A stretch of DNA of 39,592 bases from an uncultured Clostridia bacterium (GCA_947254895.1 CAMYEY010000002.1:1-39592), one strand, 5' to 3'; positions 15,250-27,336 are shown, counted from the first letter of the stretch. Translations and numbers: made by a program. Notes: a model not told the origin generated them from the letters alone.

Positions 15250-16272
15250 ATGAGTTGGTATGACCGGCACGGACCAGACCAAGATGTGATTGTTAGCACT
15301 CGGGTGCGACTAGCCAGAAATATAAAAGGACATGCCTTCCCCCACCTGCTCAAAGAGCAAGAAAGGGAAGACCTAATCCAGGAAATAGCCGACCGGGTGC
15401 GGCAGATTGATCCGGTCTCTTTTCACCTCGTTCGGAGAGATGATTTGACAGACATAGATAGGTTGAGTCTTGCTGAGCACCATATAATAAATCCCATGCT
15501 GCTTAAGTCAGGCCAGGATCACGGTCTCATGATCAATGACCAGGAAGACCTCAGTATTCTCTTGTTAGATGAGGACCACCTGCGTGTCCAGTCCATAGCT
15601 GCCGGATTTAGACCGGATGATGTCTTTGATCGGGCGAAGAAGTTGGCGACAGCTCTCGAAAGTGTCCTGGATATAGCAAAGGATAAAAATTTTGGCTACT
15701 TGACAGCTTGTCCTACTAATGTGGGTACGGGACTCAGAATTTCTGTCCTGTTTCACGCAGCAGGTCTAAATCGATTGGGCCAATTGAAGTATCTCATTGA
15801 TTCTTTGCGCAGGTCAGGTTATACGGTGAGGGGTTATTATGGCGAGGGTAGCCAAGATCAGGGCCAGATGATACAGGTTTCTAACCAAGTAACCCTAGGT
15901 CAGAGTGACTTTGATATGGTTAAAAAGTTCTCGGCCCTGATGCAGGTTGTCATAGATAAGGAAAGAAATGCCCGTAAGGCTTGGTATGACCAAGAGGGCA
16001 TTCAACTGAAGGATAAGATTTACAGGTCAAAGGCTATCCTGGAAAATGCCTATTTGGTTGGGCATAATGAAGCTTTTGCTTGTTTAAGCGACCTGAGGTT
16101 GGGCAGAGCTTTGGGATTTGAAGCTTTCCCCGATTACCCGGATATCTTAGCTCTAAGCTACTTGGCTGGGGTTGGATCAATCCAAAAACAAAAGGGAAAG
16201 ATTTTGCAGGCTGACGAGAGGGATGCAGCCAGAGCAGAATTAATAAAAGAAAGACTATTACGAGCTGAATAA
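15250..16272 (+). CDS. mcsB: McsB protein arginine kinase
   Basis: Phosphagen-kinase motifs EDHLRVQ and CPTNVGTGLR. ATG 15250 follows GAGGGGG. Confidence 0.9.
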   Translation: MSWYDRHGPDQDVIVSTRVRLARNIKGHAFPHLLKEQEREDLIQEIADRVRQIDPVSFHLVRRDDLTDIDRLSLAEHHIINPMLLKSGQDHGLMINDQEDLSILLLDEDHLRVQSIAAGFRPDDVFDRAKKLATALESVLDIAKDKNFGYLTACPTNVGTGLRISVLFHAAGLNRLGQLKYLIDSLRRSGYTVRGYYGEGSQDQGQMIQVSNQVTLGQSDFDMVKKFSALMQVVIDKERNARKAWYDQEGIQLKDKIYRSKAILENAYLVGHNEAFACLSDLRLGRALGFEAFPDYPDILALSYLAGVGSIQKQKGKILQADERDAARAELIKERLLRAE

Positions 16273-16305
16273 GCTGAGAATAAATAATTTAGGAGGAATT
16301 TTACT

Positions 16306-18849
16306 ATGATGATAAGATTATCTGAAAGAACAGCCAAGGTTTTGGCTGAAGCCTATCGGATGGCTAGGGCATATGGGCTCGACTATATCGGCACAGAGCA
16401 CTTGCTGAAAGGCATTATTGATGAAGGTGGGCTGGCTAGTCAGATGTTGCAACAGTATCAGCTGACTTCTGACAGCATCGTTCAAATATTAAACCAATTT
16501 AACAATAAAGAAGCTAGCGACCTTGGCCCCGGTGGAGACCAGGATATTAATCTGATTTACCAGATGATGACCCCAAGAACAAAACAAGTTTTAAATCTGG
16601 CAGCCAGAGAATCTACTGTGCGCAATGCCCAATTAATTGAACCGGAACACCTTTTGCTAGGGATCCTCAGAGAAGGGGATAGTGTGGCCGTAAGGATCCT
16701 CAGAAGTGCTGATATTTCAATCCAGAGGCTTTATGCTGAAATCAGTAAGCAGATCAGCGACAATAGCTTTGCTTCCTTTGGTCAAGCTGGTCAGACATCT
16801 TCTGATAAAGAACAGGGAGCAGGTAACAGCCAAACTCCGACCCTTGATCAGTTTGGGGTTGATTTAACTGCCTTAGCCCAAAAAGATGGTTTTGACCCCA
16901 TCATTGGTCGCGATGAGGAGATCAACCGAGCTATGCAGATCCTTTGTCGTCGGACTAAAAATAACCCAGTTTTGATCGGTGAGCCTGGTGTCGGTAAAAC
17001 TGCCATTGCCGAAGGCCTAGCCCAGAAGATTGTGGCTGGCGATGTGCCAGAACTTTTGCAGAACAAGCGACTCTTTTCACTTGACCTTTCCGGTATGTTG
17101 GCGGGAGCTAAATACCGGGGTGAGTTTGAAGAAAGACTCAAGAAGGGGATTGAAGAGGCCACCAAAGCGGGCAACATGATCCTCTTTATCGATGAGCTCC
17201 ATACTTTAGTGGGAGCAGGTGCTTCTGAGGGAGCCATGGATGCCGCTAATATTTTAAAACCAATGTTGGCTAGGGGGGAACTCCAGGTTATCGGAGCAAC
17301 TACGATCGACGAGTATCGTAAAAATATTGAGAAAGATGCAGCTCTTGCTCGACGTTTCCAACCCATTATGGTGGATGAGCCGAGTGAAGAAGATTCTATC
17401 AGGATTCTTTATGGCTTGCGTGAAAAATACGAAAAGCATCACCATGTGAAAATCTCTGATGAAGCTATCAAGGAAGCTGTTGCTCTTTCCAGTCGCTATA
17501 TTACGGACCGCTTCTTGCCTGATAAGGCGATCGATTTGATTGACGAGGCAGCCTCTAAGTTAAGGATGGCTCAGACCAGCCACCCCAAAGAGCTTTTGGC
17601 CAAGGAGGAAGAGTTAAAGTCCGTTATTAGTCAAAAAAACAAGGCTGTTGAAACTGAAAAATTTGAGGAAGCTGCAAAATTACTAGAACAGGAAAACAAA
17701 CTGCAGGAAGAAATTAAATCGGTAAAGGAGAACCACCAGGAGGATAAAAACGATGAGCCAGTTGTCGGTGTTGATGATATAGCCTCAATCGTAGCCTCGT
17801 GGACCGGTATTCCGGTGATGAAGCTGACTGAAGATGATCAAGAAAAAATGAGAAACTTGGAAAGCGAGCTTGAAAAACGGGTGATCGGTCAAGACGAGGC
17901 GGTTGTAGCTGTAGCTAAAGCTATCAGGCGGGGACGCTTGGGACTCAAGAACCCCAACCGGCCAACCGGATCCTTCCTCTTCCTAGGTACAACCGGTGTT
18001 GGTAAAACAGAGTTGGCTCGTGCCTTAGCAGACACTATGTTTGGTGATGAGAATGCCATGGTGAGGATTGACATGTCCGAATATATGGAAAAATTTGATG
18101 TGTCTAAACTGATTGGTTCTCCTCCGGGTTATGTTGGCTATGAAGAAGGTGGCCAGCTGACCGAGCAAGTCCGTCGCCACCCCTACTCGGTCGTCCTCTT
18201 TGATGAGGTCGAAAAAGCCCATCCAGATGTCTTTAATGTCCTCTTGCAAGTTCTTGAGGATGGTCGATTGACAGACGGTCAGGGCAGGACGGTCAACTTC
18301 AAAAATACCATCATCATTATGACTTCAAATATCGGAGCAGGTTTATTGACTTCTGATGTTGCCAATAAGATCGGTTTTGATGTTGATGGCTTGAAAAATC
18401 AAGAGTCATCTGATGATACGGGTAAAAACGATAAGTTTGAAGAGCAAAGCCTCTATGGCGGTCGGTCCTTTGACGAAGCAAAGAAAATGATTATGGAAGA
18501 GGTGAAAAGGGTATTTTCGCCTGAGTTCCTCAACCGTATCGATGAGATTATTTTCTTTAAGATGTTGTCCAAGGAATCTATCCTGAAGATTGTCGACATC
18601 ATGATTGGACAGCTGGTCAAGAGAATTGCAGACATCGGCATCCAGATTGAAGTTACTGATGCTGCTAGAGAATGGTTGGCAGAACATGGCTACGAGCCTC
18701 ACTATGGGGCAAGGCCACTCCGTCGCCTGATCCAGTCCGCTGTCGAAGATACCTTCTCCGAGGCTATGCTGGATGGCCTGGTAAAGGAAGGCGATACTGC
18801 CCTAATTGATGTTGCCGATAACAAAATCACTGTCCAGAAAAAATCTTAG
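16306..18849 (+). CDS. clpC: ClpC AAA+ chaperone / Clp protease ATP-binding subunit
   Basis: Clp_N repeats, two Walker A boxes ([16 protein letters not shown]), and a UVR-like linker between the AAA+ modules. Confidence 0.95.
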   Translation: MMIRLSERTAKVLAEAYRMARAYGLDYIGTEHLLKGIIDEGGLASQMLQQYQLTSDSIVQILNQFNNKEASDLGPGGDQDINLIYQMMTPRTKQVLNLAARESTVRNAQLIEPEHLLLGILREGDSVAVRILRSADISIQRLYAEISKQISDNSFASFGQAGQTSSDKEQGAGNSQTPTLDQFGVDLTALAQKDGFDPIIGRDEEINRAMQILCRRTKNNPVLIGEPGVGKTAIAEGLAQKIVAGDVPELLQNKRLFSLDLSGMLAGAKYRGEFEERLKKGIEEATKAGNMILFIDELHTLVGAGASEGAMDAANILKPMLARGELQVIGATTIDEYRKNIEKDAALARRFQPIMVDEPSEEDSIRILYGLREKYEKHHHVKISDEAIKEAVALSSRYITDRFLPDKAIDLIDEAASKLRMAQTSHPKELLAKEEELKSVISQKNKAVETEKFEEAAKLLEQENKLQEEIKSVKENHQEDKNDEPVVGVDDIASIVASWTGIPVMKLTEDDQEKMRNLESELEKRVIGQDEAVVAVAKAIRRGRLGLKNPNRPTGSFLFLGTTGVGKTELARALADTMFGDENAMVRIDMSEYMEKFDVSKLIGSPPGYVGYEEGGQLTEQVRRHPYSVVLFDEVEKAHPDVFNVLLQVLEDGRLTDGQGRTVNFKNTIIIMTSNIGAGLLTSDVANKIGFDVDGLKNQESSDDTGKNDKFEEQSLYGGRSFDEAKKMIMEEVKRVFSPEFLNRIDEIIFFKMLSKESILKIVDIMIGQLVKRIADIGIQIEVTDAAREWLAEHGYEPHYGARPLRRLIQSAVEDTFSEAMLDGLVKEGDTALIDVADNKITVQKKS

Positions 18850-18888
18850 TCTATACTAGATTATGATGAGGCCTAAATTATAGAAAAG

Positions 18889-18920
18889 AGCCCTAGCCTT
18901 TAAAAGCTAGGGCTTTTTGC
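18889..18920 (+). terminator. Rho-independent terminator after clpC
   Basis: AGCCCTAGC (18889-18897) pairs with GCTAGGGCT (18906-18914) around an 8-nt loop, followed by a T-run. Confidence 0.8.
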
Positions 18921-18979
18921 TTTTAAACTAACTGGCTGGCAGATTTGATTTTTGGGCGTATAAAACTGACTTATAATTA

Positions 18980-18988
18980 TGTTATAAT
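18980..18988 (+). promoter_or_regulatory. Possible extended -10 promoter (TGTTATAAT) for the V-ATPase operon
   Basis: TG-T-TATAAT lies about 145 nt upstream of the first ntp gene. No convincing -35. Confidence 0.35.
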
Positions 18989-19131
18989 AGAAAAAATTAT
19001 GGGATGATAGATTGCCTAGAGGTGCATTGTTAGAAAACAAGGCTGATTGGCTGTAGTCAAGTTTTAGCTAGGCCGCCTGATACTTCAATCCTTCTAATCA
19101 GGGCAATTGTTATAGAGCTTGGAGGTTTACT

Positions 19132-19440
19132 TTGGACAACTTTGTTACGAAAATAGAAGAAGCTGAAGCCCAAGCAGATGCAATTATTAAGACTGCGGAC
19201 CAGGCCGCCCGGCAAAAGCTTGAGGCTTATCAGAGGGACCTGGATCAACAGCTAGAAGTCGCTAAAAAAGCTAGTGAAGACGAGTTGAAAAGTAGGCGAG
19301 TGGAGGCAGAGGCTCAGGCTGAGGATAGGCTTAAAGCTAGTCTATCTGAAGTAAAACCGGCTGACCTTCCCCAGGACCGAAGAGAAGTGGCCATTGCCGC
19401 TGTCTTAGAAAGGGTAGAGGGTCTCCTTGTCAATTCTTAA
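19132..19440 (+). CDS. V-type ATPase small coiled-coil stalk subunit (NtpF / G-H type)
   Basis: Charged coiled-coil of about 100 aa in the first position of an ntpFIKECGABD-ordered operon. TTG start with GGAGG 5 nt upstream. Confidence 0.6.
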   Translation: MDNFVTKIEEAEAQADAIIKTADQAARQKLEAYQRDLDQQLEVAKKASEDELKSRRVEAEAQAEDRLKASLSEVKPADLPQDRREVAIAAVLERVEGLLVNS

Positions 19441-21469
19441 AATGGATAAAATCCGGCTTCTGGGACTTAGCCGGGACCGAACGCAAATCATTTCCAGCCT
19501 TCAAGCCATGGCCAAGGTGGAGTTGATTGATCCTAAAATGAAAACAACTGCAGAATCTAATGACCAGTTGGACCAAGAGCCTGTCGGAACAGAGATGGAG
19601 CAAGACAAAGGGCAAGCTGTTAATACTGCAGAGCGTGACCAGGTCCAGCAAAATATCCAGATTCTTAAAGCTAAGGCTAAGACCTTGGAAGACGCTGGCA
19701 AATATCTTGAAGATAAATACCCCAATGTTCAGTTTGATAAAGGCAGACTCAAGATCAGCCTAGCCGAATTTTTAGCTGTCGCTGACCGGGAAAGTGAAAT
19801 TATGACCCGGGCCCGGCGAGTTTTTGAAATTGATAATCTGATGACTGACCTACAGGCAGAGATTGCTAAGCTGGAAAAAGAGCAAGCCATTCTCCAAAAC
19901 TGCCTAGAGCTGGACCTTAACCTGGCTCAGAGGTCAACTGCCAGGACAGTTTACTTCTTGGCTAGCCTGGGTGCCAGCCAGTTTAAGGATCTGGAGGCTA
20001 AGCTGGCAGAAAATTTACCAAATGCAATTCTCCTAAAATTACTGGACCGAGAAAGCACAGTATTTGTAGCAGCTATAGCCCTCTCTCAAGATGGGCCAGA
20101 CCTTGACCGTTTCCTTAAACAAAATTCTTTTAATCTCTTTCCTATAACCAAAAGCGGTCTGCCTAGGCAGCTTTTTGCCGATAACCAGGAGGCTATTGCA
20201 GACTGCCAGCAAAGATTTGAACAGGCTGGCTTAGAGCTCAAAGAGCTTGCTAAAAGGAAGCTTGACTTCTATAGCCTGTATGACTATTACCTCTCCATGG
20301 TTGCCAGGCAGGAGGCAGTGGGACAGACTGAAAATACAGCCAAGACCTTCATGCTGGAGGCCTATGTGCCGGCCGAAAGCTCGCCCCGAGTGAAAGCTGA
20401 ATTAGAAGATAACTTTACTGTTTGGGTGGAAATAGAAGTCCTCCCGGAGGATGCAGACTACCCCATCTTACTTAAAAATAAGCCTTTCGCCCGTGCCTTC
20501 CAGATGATTCTGGAAATGTTTGGCGCCCCAAACACCCGGGAGATTGATCCGACCCCTGTATTGGCACCGTCAACCTTTATTTTCTTTGGCATGATGCTAT
20601 CAGACGTGGGCTATGGTTTTTTGTTGACAGTTGCCTGTGCCTATTTAATTTGGAAGGTCAAGATTGACCTTAAGTCAGAATCCGGCAGCCTGGTGAGTTT
20701 ACTCTTCTTGTGCGGGATTTCTTCAACCCTTTGGGGTTTTATCTTTGGCGGATTTTTTGGCGACCTCTTGCCGGTCTTTACGGATAACAGGATAAATTCA
20801 CCATTGCTTTGGTTTAACCCTATGGATGACCCACAAAAACTCTTAGTCTGGTCTATGATTTTTGGTCTAGTCCACCTCTTTACCGGTATGGCTATGAAAA
20901 TTGTCAATGAAGTCCGTTTCGGTAAAGTCTCAAATGTGTTTTTCGATATTGTGCCTTGGTACCTCTTAATTATCGGCCTTGGCCTTATCCTGGCAGGCCC
21001 TTCCCTTGGAGTGGCAGTTGTTGATCTGGGCCTGGTTGGTAAATACCTGGCTTTAAGCGGGGCGGCAGTAATTGTTCTCTTCTCAGCAAGATCTAAGAAA
21101 AACCCCTTTGCCCGTGTTTTTTCAGGACTTGCCTCCCTTTACGGGATAGTCAATTACTTGGGTGATATTTTATCCTATACGAGAATTTTAGCCCTGGTTT
21201 TAGCGACAAGTGTTATCGCAACTGTGGTTAACTTTTTGGCTAAGATGGTTTCCGGTTCGTTGGTTGGGACAGTTTTTGCAGTGGTTATACTTTTAGCAGG
21301 CCACCTGCTTAACCTTGCCCTATCGGCCCTGTCGGCTTATGTCCATTCCAGTCGTTTACAATATGTTGAGTTTTTTGGCCAGTTTTTTGAAGGCGGCGGA
21401 ACATTCTTTAAGCCTTTAAGCTACCAAACAAAACATATTAAAATAGATAATTATGAAATTGAAAGCTAG
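19427..21469 (+). CDS. ntpI: V-type ATPase subunit I (membrane a-type subunit)
   Basis: Long soluble N-domain plus a C-terminal multi-TM domain with the conserved YTRILAL arginine region. TTG 19427 has GAGGG 5 nt upstream; ATG 19442 is the alternative. Confidence 0.9.
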   Translation: MSILKMDKIRLLGLSRDRTQIISSLQAMAKVELIDPKMKTTAESNDQLDQEPVGTEMEQDKGQAVNTAERDQVQQNIQILKAKAKTLEDAGKYLEDKYPNVQFDKGRLKISLAEFLAVADRESEIMTRARRVFEIDNLMTDLQAEIAKLEKEQAILQNCLELDLNLAQRSTARTVYFLASLGASQFKDLEAKLAENLPNAILLKLLDRESTVFVAAIALSQDGPDLDRFLKQNSFNLFPITKSGLPRQLFADNQEAIADCQQRFEQAGLELKELAKRKLDFYSLYDYYLSMVARQEAVGQTENTAKTFMLEAYVPAESSPRVKAELEDNFTVWVEIEVLPEDADYPILLKNKPFARAFQMILEMFGAPNTREIDPTPVLAPSTFIFFGMMLSDVGYGFLLTVACAYLIWKVKIDLKSESGSLVSLLFLCGISSTLWGFIFGGFFGDLLPVFTDNRINSPLLWFNPMDDPQKLLVWSMIFGLVHLFTGMAMKIVNEVRFGKVSNVFFDIVPWYLLIIGLGLILAGPSLGVAVVDLGLVGKYLALSGAAVIVLFSARSKKNPFARVFSGLASLYGIVNYLGDILSYTRILALVLATSVIATVVNFLAKMVSGSLVGTVFAVVILLAGHLLNLALSALSAYVHSSRLQYVEFFGQFFEGGGTFFKPLSYQTKHIKIDNYEIES

Positions 21470-21507
21470 GTTTTCTAGCCGAAAAGCAGATAAATTGGAG
21501 GTTTATC

Positions 21508-21996
21508 ATGAGTGAATTTGCAAGTATCTTGGGACCCTTTATTGCCCTATTAGGAGCGGCTTTAGCAGCTCTGTTGCCAGGACTTGGCTCAGCTAAGGGT
21601 GTAGGTCGTGTGGGCCAAGCTGTCAATGGTATCTTAGCCGATCAGCCGGACTTATTTGGTAAAGCTTTGATTCTCCAGGCCCTACCTGGAACCCAGGGCA
21701 TTTATGGCCTTTTGACCTTTTTCTTGATCTTAACCAGATCGGGTATCATGAGCCAGGGTTTTGCGGCAGATATCAGCCTGGGCCACGGGCTTTTATGGTT
21801 TGCTGCAGCTATGCCGATCACGGTGGTCGGTTACCTATCAGCCATCCACCAGGCCAAGGTCTGTGAAACAGGTGTTGCCCTGATCGCCAAAAGAGCTGAC
21901 CAGCAAGCCCGGGTTATCGTCCTGGCAGTTGTGGTTGAAACCTACGCCATTTTCTCCCTGCTAACTTCTGTTTTGGCTATCTTTAGTTTAGCCTAG
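21508..21996 (+). CDS. ntpK: V-type ATPase proteolipid subunit K
   Basis: Double-hairpin c-type subunit collinear with E. hirae NtpK (GSAKGVG, LPGTQGIYG, VVETYAI). Confidence 0.9.
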   Translation: MSEFASILGPFIALLGAALAALLPGLGSAKGVGRVGQAVNGILADQPDLFGKALILQALPGTQGIYGLLTFFLILTRSGIMSQGFAADISLGHGLLWFAAAMPITVVGYLSAIHQAKVCETGVALIAKRADQQARVIVLAVVVETYAIFSLLTSVLAIFSLA

Positions 21997-22009
21997 GCCG
22001 GAGATAGGC

Positions 22010-22591
22010 ATGGCTAAGATTGATAAAATCATTGAGCTTATCTTATCTGAAGCACGGCAAGAGGCTGACCGGATCATGGCTGAGGCTGACCAGACTATGG
22101 CAGTGAATTTGGCTGAAAATGAGGCGGAAATTCAAAACGTCCAAAGGCAAGCCCAAGATCGTTTGAATGACCAGTTGGCAGCGGTGGCAAGTCGCAGTCA
22201 AAGCAAACTGGAAAACCAGACCAGGCAGCTTAAGCTGGAGCAGAGGCAGACGCTCATCAGCGAGATTATCGGAGAGGCCTTAGTTAGGCTAAAGAGCCTC
22301 AAGCCTGAAGCTAAGTTGAAGCTCTACCGGGACATGGTCGAAAAACATCAGGTCCAGTCCGGCCAGGTGAGGCTAAATGAGGCTGACCAGGCCATCTTAC
22401 CCGACTTGCTCAAGGCACTGGGGCCTGGTTTTGAGGCTGGCCGGCCGGTTGATATAGGGGCCGGCATGGTCATCGACCAGGGTAAAGTCGAGCATAACCT
22501 GAGCCTTGACCTAGTCCTCAAAGACAACAGGTCAGAGCTTTCAGCCTTGGTGGCAGATATTTTATTTAGTACAGACAGGACCCATGATTAG
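22010..22591 (+). CDS. ntpE: V-type ATPase subunit E
   Basis: N-terminal coiled coil plus a globular C-domain, in the expected operon position. Confidence 0.85.
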   Translation: MAKIDKIIELILSEARQEADRIMAEADQTMAVNLAENEAEIQNVQRQAQDRLNDQLAAVASRSQSKLENQTRQLKLEQRQTLISEIIGEALVRLKSLKPEAKLKLYRDMVEKHQVQSGQVRLNEADQAILPDLLKALGPGFEAGRPVDIGAGMVIDQGKVEHNLSLDLVLKDNRSELSALVADILFSTDRTHD

Positions 22592-22610
22592 GCTACAAGT
22601 GGTATAGGGA

Positions 22611-23684
22611 ATGCAGAAAACGAGCTTAGTAAAATTCAATCCGGACCCGACCGTATCAGGTTCTTGGCTCTTTCTCTATGGCCTTCTAGCCAAAAGAGAA
22701 AGTCAACTGTTGTCGAGTGACCGGATCCAGCAAGTCTACCAGACCAAGGAGGCAGATGGCCGCCTGGCTATCCTGAGGGATGCTAATTACCAGGCTGATA
22801 ACTTACCGGAAGCTATTGCCGGCTCTTTTATGGAAGATTTAGACCTCTTGAACAGTGCCATAGGAGATCCGGATTTTTACAGCTTCATCCTGCTGGACCA
22901 TGATAGGCACAATTTGCGGGCCTTGCTTAGGCTGGCCCTAACCGCCAAGGATACCTTGGCGGAGGAAACAATAAATGCCCTCTTGCAAGGTCCTTATATG
23001 GTTGAGCCAAAGTCTATCTTGGACCAGATCAACCAAGAGTTCAAAAGTAGCCTGACAGGCAAGCAGACAGACAGCAATCTTTGTGACTACACAATCTGTC
23101 CTGAATGGATGCAAGAGGTCGTGCACCAGGCAAGGCTTGATTTTGCTGAATATTATGATCTTGGTAGACTGGACAACTTGGTCGAAAAAGCTTATTGGCA
23201 GGAGGCCCTGCGTCTCAGTCAGAAACTCGAATCGAGCTGGTTGAAAGGGCTTATCTTAGACCGGGTTGATTACAAAAACCTGGAAATTCTATTGCGTTGC
23301 CGGAGTCTTGGTCTATCTGAGAATTATTTTAAAAACCAACTGATTAACCTAGGCGACCTGTCGGAAGAAGGGTGGTTAGACCTCTTCCACTTAAAGTCCG
23401 AAGAGCTTGTCCAGGCCCTAGCCCTCACTAAATTTGAGGACTTTGGACCCTACGTAAAGGCCTATGCAGACTTGGGACAAGCTGCTAATTTTAGCCAGCT
23501 TGTAGACCGAAAAATTATTGAGCGGTTGGCTGAGACTAAAACATTGGGACCGGGACTTGATAAGACTATGGCCTATGTGCTGAGTCGTCAGTTGGAGCGA
23601 AAAAATCTTAGGGTTGCGGAGGCTGCCTTGAGTAATAATTTTTCTGATGCGAGAAAAAACCAGTTGATGCGGCCGGGCTTTTAA
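22611..23684 (+). CDS. ntpC: V-type ATPase subunit C (d-type)
   Basis: Size, helical composition and operon position fit. Confidence 0.8.
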   Translation: MQKTSLVKFNPDPTVSGSWLFLYGLLAKRESQLLSSDRIQQVYQTKEADGRLAILRDANYQADNLPEAIAGSFMEDLDLLNSAIGDPDFYSFILLDHDRHNLRALLRLALTAKDTLAEETINALLQGPYMVEPKSILDQINQEFKSSLTGKQTDSNLCDYTICPEWMQEVVHQARLDFAEYYDLGRLDNLVEKAYWQEALRLSQKLESSWLKGLILDRVDYKNLEILLRCRSLGLSENYFKNQLINLGDLSEEGWLDLFHLKSEELVQALALTKFEDFGPYVKAYADLGQAANFSQLVDRKIIERLAETKTLGPGLDKTMAYVLSRQLERKNLRVAEAALSNNFSDARKNQLMRPGF

Positions 23685-23753
23685 AGAATAAAGCTTGGAT
23701 CCGATAGGCGAAGCAAAGTTGCTTTGCTGTGGTATACAGATAAGGAGTAAGGC

Positions 23754-24089
23754 GTGAATTTAGGAAAAATTGCAGTCATTGGAGATGCTGATAGTGTCCT
23801 GGGTTTCAGGGGACTTGGTATTATGGTTTACATCACCGATGACCCGATGGCCGCCTTAAAAAAGCTGGATGAGCTGCGTCGGGCTGGTTGCCACTTGATT
23901 TTTATAACCGAATATTTAGCGGCACAAAATCCCGGCATTTTAGAGAAATATAAGTCTGCTTTTGAAACAGCAGTTATTTTGATTCCTTCGGCTAAGGGTG
24001 GAGAGAATTTTGCCCAAGAACAGTTGAGGGAAACAGTTAAGAGTGCGATCGGCATGGATTTACTTAATCTAGGTGGGACCGAAAATTAG
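23754..24089 (+). CDS. ntpG: V-type ATPase subunit F (NtpG)
   Basis: [19 protein letters not shown] is the typical subunit F opening. GTG start with AAGGAG upstream. Confidence 0.85.
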   Translation: MNLGKIAVIGDADSVLGFRGLGIMVYITDDPMAALKKLDELRRAGCHLIFITEYLAAQNPGILEKYKSAFETAVILIPSAKGGENFAQEQLRETVKSAIGMDLLNLGGTEN

Positions 24090-24120
24090 ATTAGAGTTAG
24101 AAGAGACGAGGTTTTATGAT

Positions 24121-25893
24121 ATGAGTTCCAAACAAGGTAGGATCATCAAAGTATCCGGACCACTGGTTATAGCAGACGGGATGCGCGATGCTAAAATGTT
24201 TGACATTGTTCGGGTTTCGGAAAAAAACTTGATCGGCGAGATTATAGAGATGCATGGTGATCAAGCATCCATACAGGTCTATGAGAACACCGCCGGTTTG
24301 GGACCGGGTGAGGTTGTCAGGACAGAAGACCAGCCTCTTTCGGTTGAGTTGGGACCTGGGCTAATCGGGGGGATTTTTGATGGTATCCAAAGACCGCTTG
24401 AACAGTTAGTCAAAATTGAAGGTAACAACATCAATCGCGGTGCTTCAGTTGCAGCTTTGAGTCGCTCGAAAAAATGGGAATTTAAGGCTCAGGTGACGGC
24501 AGGTCAAGAGGTTGAAGCAGGTGATGTTATTGGCCTTGTGCAAGAGACTGAAATACTAGAACATAAAATCATGGTTCCTTATCCTTTAAAAGGTAAGATT
24601 AAAGAGGTCAAGTCCGGCTCATACACCATTGAAGAAACAGTTGCCATTTTGACGGATGAGAAAGGTCAAGACCATAATTTAACCCTGATGCAAAGATGGC
24701 CGGTTAGGATCGGCCGCCCATACAGGGAGAAAATATCGCCGTCAGAACCCCTCATAACGGGTCAAAGGTCGATAGATAGCTTTTTCCCTGTAGCTAAAGG
24801 GGGAACAGCATCGGTCCCAGGTCCTTTTGGTTCAGGTAAAACGGTTATCCAGCACCAACTTGCTAAATGGGCAGCGGCTGATGTGGTTGTCTACATAGGT
24901 TGTGGTGAGCGTGGTAATGAGATGACTGATGTCTTAAATGAATTTCCGGAGTTAGAAGACCCGCACTCAGGGCTTCCTTTGATGCAAAGGACTATTCTTA
25001 TCGCCAATACATCAGATATGCCGGTGGCTGCCCGTGAGGCATCTATTTATACGGGCATCACAATAGCTGAATATTTTCGAGACATGGGCTACTCAGTATC
25101 CATCATGGCTGACTCGACTTCACGCTGGGCTGAAGCCTTAAGAGAGATGTCAGGTCGTCTGGAGGAAATGCCGGGCGAAGAAGGCTATCCGGCCTATCTT
25201 GGTTCTCGTTTGGCCCAATTTTATGAACGGGCCGGCATGGTTCGCTGCCTAGGTCAAGATGATCGGGTAGGGGTTCTAACCGCTATAGGAGCAGTTTCTC
25301 CTCCTGGGGGGGACCTTTCTGACCCTGTTGCCCAATCAACCCTGAGGATAGTTCAGGTTTTCTGGAGACTTGACTCAGCTTTAGCTTATCAACGTCACTT
25401 CCCAGCCATTAACTGGCTATCCAGCTATTCGCTTTATCAAAATAAGATTGACCAATGGATGAATGAAAATATTTCAGCTAATTGGTCTGAAATCAGGAAA
25501 AATGCCATGGTCCTACTCCAAGAGGAAGCTGAGTTACAAGAGATTGTTCGCTTGGTTGGACATGACTCTTTATCTTATCTCGACCGTCTCAAACTTGAGG
25601 CTGCTCGGTCCATCAGGGAAGACTTCCTCCACCAAAACTCTTTCCATGAGGTGGATACTTACAGTTCCCTCAACAAGCAATACTATATGCTTCACTGCCT
25701 CATGACTTTCTACCAAGAGGCTGTCAAGGCTATTGACAAAAAGGTTAACTATAATAAGCTGATCTCCCTACCCATTAGGAGTGACTTGGCCAGGATGAAA
25801 TACATACCTGAAGACCAGATAGAAGAAACTTACCATAACTACCTCAGCCGGATTTCTACTGAGGTAGCCAGCTGTATTATCCGGGAGGTTTAA
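24121..25893 (+). CDS. ntpA: V-type ATPase catalytic subunit A
   Basis: Walker A GPFGSGKT. The opening [16 protein letters not shown] aligns with the NtpA N-terminus, so ATG 24121 is preferred over the listed 24073. Confidence 0.95.
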   Translation: MSSKQGRIIKVSGPLVIADGMRDAKMFDIVRVSEKNLIGEIIEMHGDQASIQVYENTAGLGPGEVVRTEDQPLSVELGPGLIGGIFDGIQRPLEQLVKIEGNNINRGASVAALSRSKKWEFKAQVTAGQEVEAGDVIGLVQETEILEHKIMVPYPLKGKIKEVKSGSYTIEETVAILTDEKGQDHNLTLMQRWPVRIGRPYREKISPSEPLITGQRSIDSFFPVAKGGTASVPGPFGSGKTVIQHQLAKWAAADVVVYIGCGERGNEMTDVLNEFPELEDPHSGLPLMQRTILIANTSDMPVAAREASIYTGITIAEYFRDMGYSVSIMADSTSRWAEALREMSGRLEEMPGEEGYPAYLGSRLAQFYERAGMVRCLGQDDRVGVLTAIGAVSPPGGDLSDPVAQSTLRIVQVFWRLDSALAYQRHFPAINWLSSYSLYQNKIDQWMNENISANWSEIRKNAMVLLQEEAELQEIVRLVGHDSLSYLDRLKLEAARSIREDFLHQNSFHEVDTYSSLNKQYYMLHCLMTFYQEAVKAIDKKVNYNKLISLPIRSDLARMKYIPEDQIEETYHNYLSRISTEVASCIIREV

Positions 25894-25895
25894 GC

Positions 25896-27290
25896 ATGGC
25901 AAAAGAATATCGTACTATAGAAGAAATATCCGGTCCTCTGATGCTGGTTCAAAATGTTGAAGGGGTTACCTATGATGAGCTGGGAGAAATTATCTTGCCA
26001 AATGGTGAGCTCCGGCGTTGCCAGGTTTTGGAAGTTTCCGGAAATAACGCCCTTGTCCAGCTTTTCGAAAGTTCACTGGGTATCAATGTAGAGCATAGTA
26101 AAGTACGCTTCTTGGGACATGGCATGGAACTGGGAGTTTCACCCGACATGCTTGGTAGGGTATTTGACGGCTTAGGTGACCCTATTGATGGTGGACCGGA
26201 CATCATCCCGGAAAAAAAGATGGATACAAAAGGGCTACCTATGAACCCTGCAGCCAGGGCTTACCCGGATGAGTTTATTCAAACCGGTATATCGGCCATT
26301 GATGGCCTTAACACTTTGGTTAGAGGGCAAAAGCTTCCTATATTTTCTGGGTCAGGTTTGCCCCACAATCAACTGGCCTCCCAGATTGCCCGTCAGGCTA
26401 AAGTTCTTAAAGATTCAGATAAGTTTGCGGTTGTTTTTGCGGCCATGGGTATTACCTTTGAGGATGCTAACTTCTTTATCGAGGACTTAAGAAAGACCGG
26501 AGCAATTTCGCGCTCTGTTATGTTCATCAATCTAGCAGATGACCCGGCGATTGAGCGGATAGCTACGCCGCGTGTAGCTTTAACCACAGCTGAATACCTA
26601 GCCTTTGACCTAGATATGCACGTTTTGGTTATCATGACGGATATCACCTATTATGCTGAAGCTTTGAGAGAAGTTTCGGCTGCACGGAAAGAAGTCCCAG
26701 GGCGTCGCGGTTATCCGGGCTACCTCTATACTGACTTGGCTGAGCTATATGAAAGAGCCGGAAGACTTAGAGATAGGCCGGGTTCTATCACGCTTATGCC
26801 AATTTTGACTATGCCGGATGACGACAAAACCCATCCAATACCGGACTTGACCGGCTATATTACGGAGGGCCAGATAATCCTTAGCCGCGATCTCTATAAT
26901 AAGGCTATTCAGCCCCCAATTGATGTTTTACCATCCTTATCAAGGTTGAAAGACCAGGCTATCGGTGAGGGTAAGACCAGGGCCGACCATGCTGACACTA
27001 TGAACCAGTTGTTTGCAGCTTATTCACGTGGTAAGGAGGCAAAGGAACTGGAGATCATTTTGGGCGAGGAAGCTTTGAGTGAGACTGACCGGATCTACGC
27101 CAAGTTTGCAGAGGAGTTTGAAAAGACCTATGTTTCGCAAAGTTTTCAAGTTAACCGGTCAATTGAAGAAACGTTAGAGATCGGTTGGGACCTTCTGTCT
27201 ATATTACCCAAGACTGAGCTCAACCGGATAGATGAAAAATATATTGAAAAGTACTACCGCAAGGGTATTTTTGAACAATACCAGGAATAG
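25896..27290 (+). CDS. ntpB: V-type ATPase subunit B
   Basis: [15 protein letters not shown] opening and a degenerate P-loop region, both typical of B subunits. Confidence 0.95.
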   Translation: MAKEYRTIEEISGPLMLVQNVEGVTYDELGEIILPNGELRRCQVLEVSGNNALVQLFESSLGINVEHSKVRFLGHGMELGVSPDMLGRVFDGLGDPIDGGPDIIPEKKMDTKGLPMNPAARAYPDEFIQTGISAIDGLNTLVRGQKLPIFSGSGLPHNQLASQIARQAKVLKDSDKFAVVFAAMGITFEDANFFIEDLRKTGAISRSVMFINLADDPAIERIATPRVALTTAEYLAFDLDMHVLVIMTDITYYAEALREVSAARKEVPGRRGYPGYLYTDLAELYERAGRLRDRPGSITLMPILTMPDDDKTHPIPDLTGYITEGQIILSRDLYNKAIQPPIDVLPSLSRLKDQAIGEGKTRADHADTMNQLFAAYSRGKEAKELEIILGEEALSETDRIYAKFAEEFEKTYVSQSFQVNRSIEETLEIGWDLLSILPKTELNRIDEKYIEKYYRKGIFEQYQE

Positions 27291-27336
27291 TAAAAAGTGA
27301 AGGACCAAGTTAATTAAGGCGTAGGTTGAGAAGAGT

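Noticed and set aside
16848-17366. A 172-aa ORF antisense to clpC. Similar antisense or out-of-frame ORFs from the track occur at 188-433, 8718-9080, 12282-12488, 12620-12853, 19430-19763, 25970-26206, 29585-30011, 34436-34759 and 35384-35719.
   Set aside because: All lie entirely inside strongly supported genes on the other strand or in another frame. They have no Shine-Dalgarno and show low-complexity or odd composition. They are shadow ORFs.
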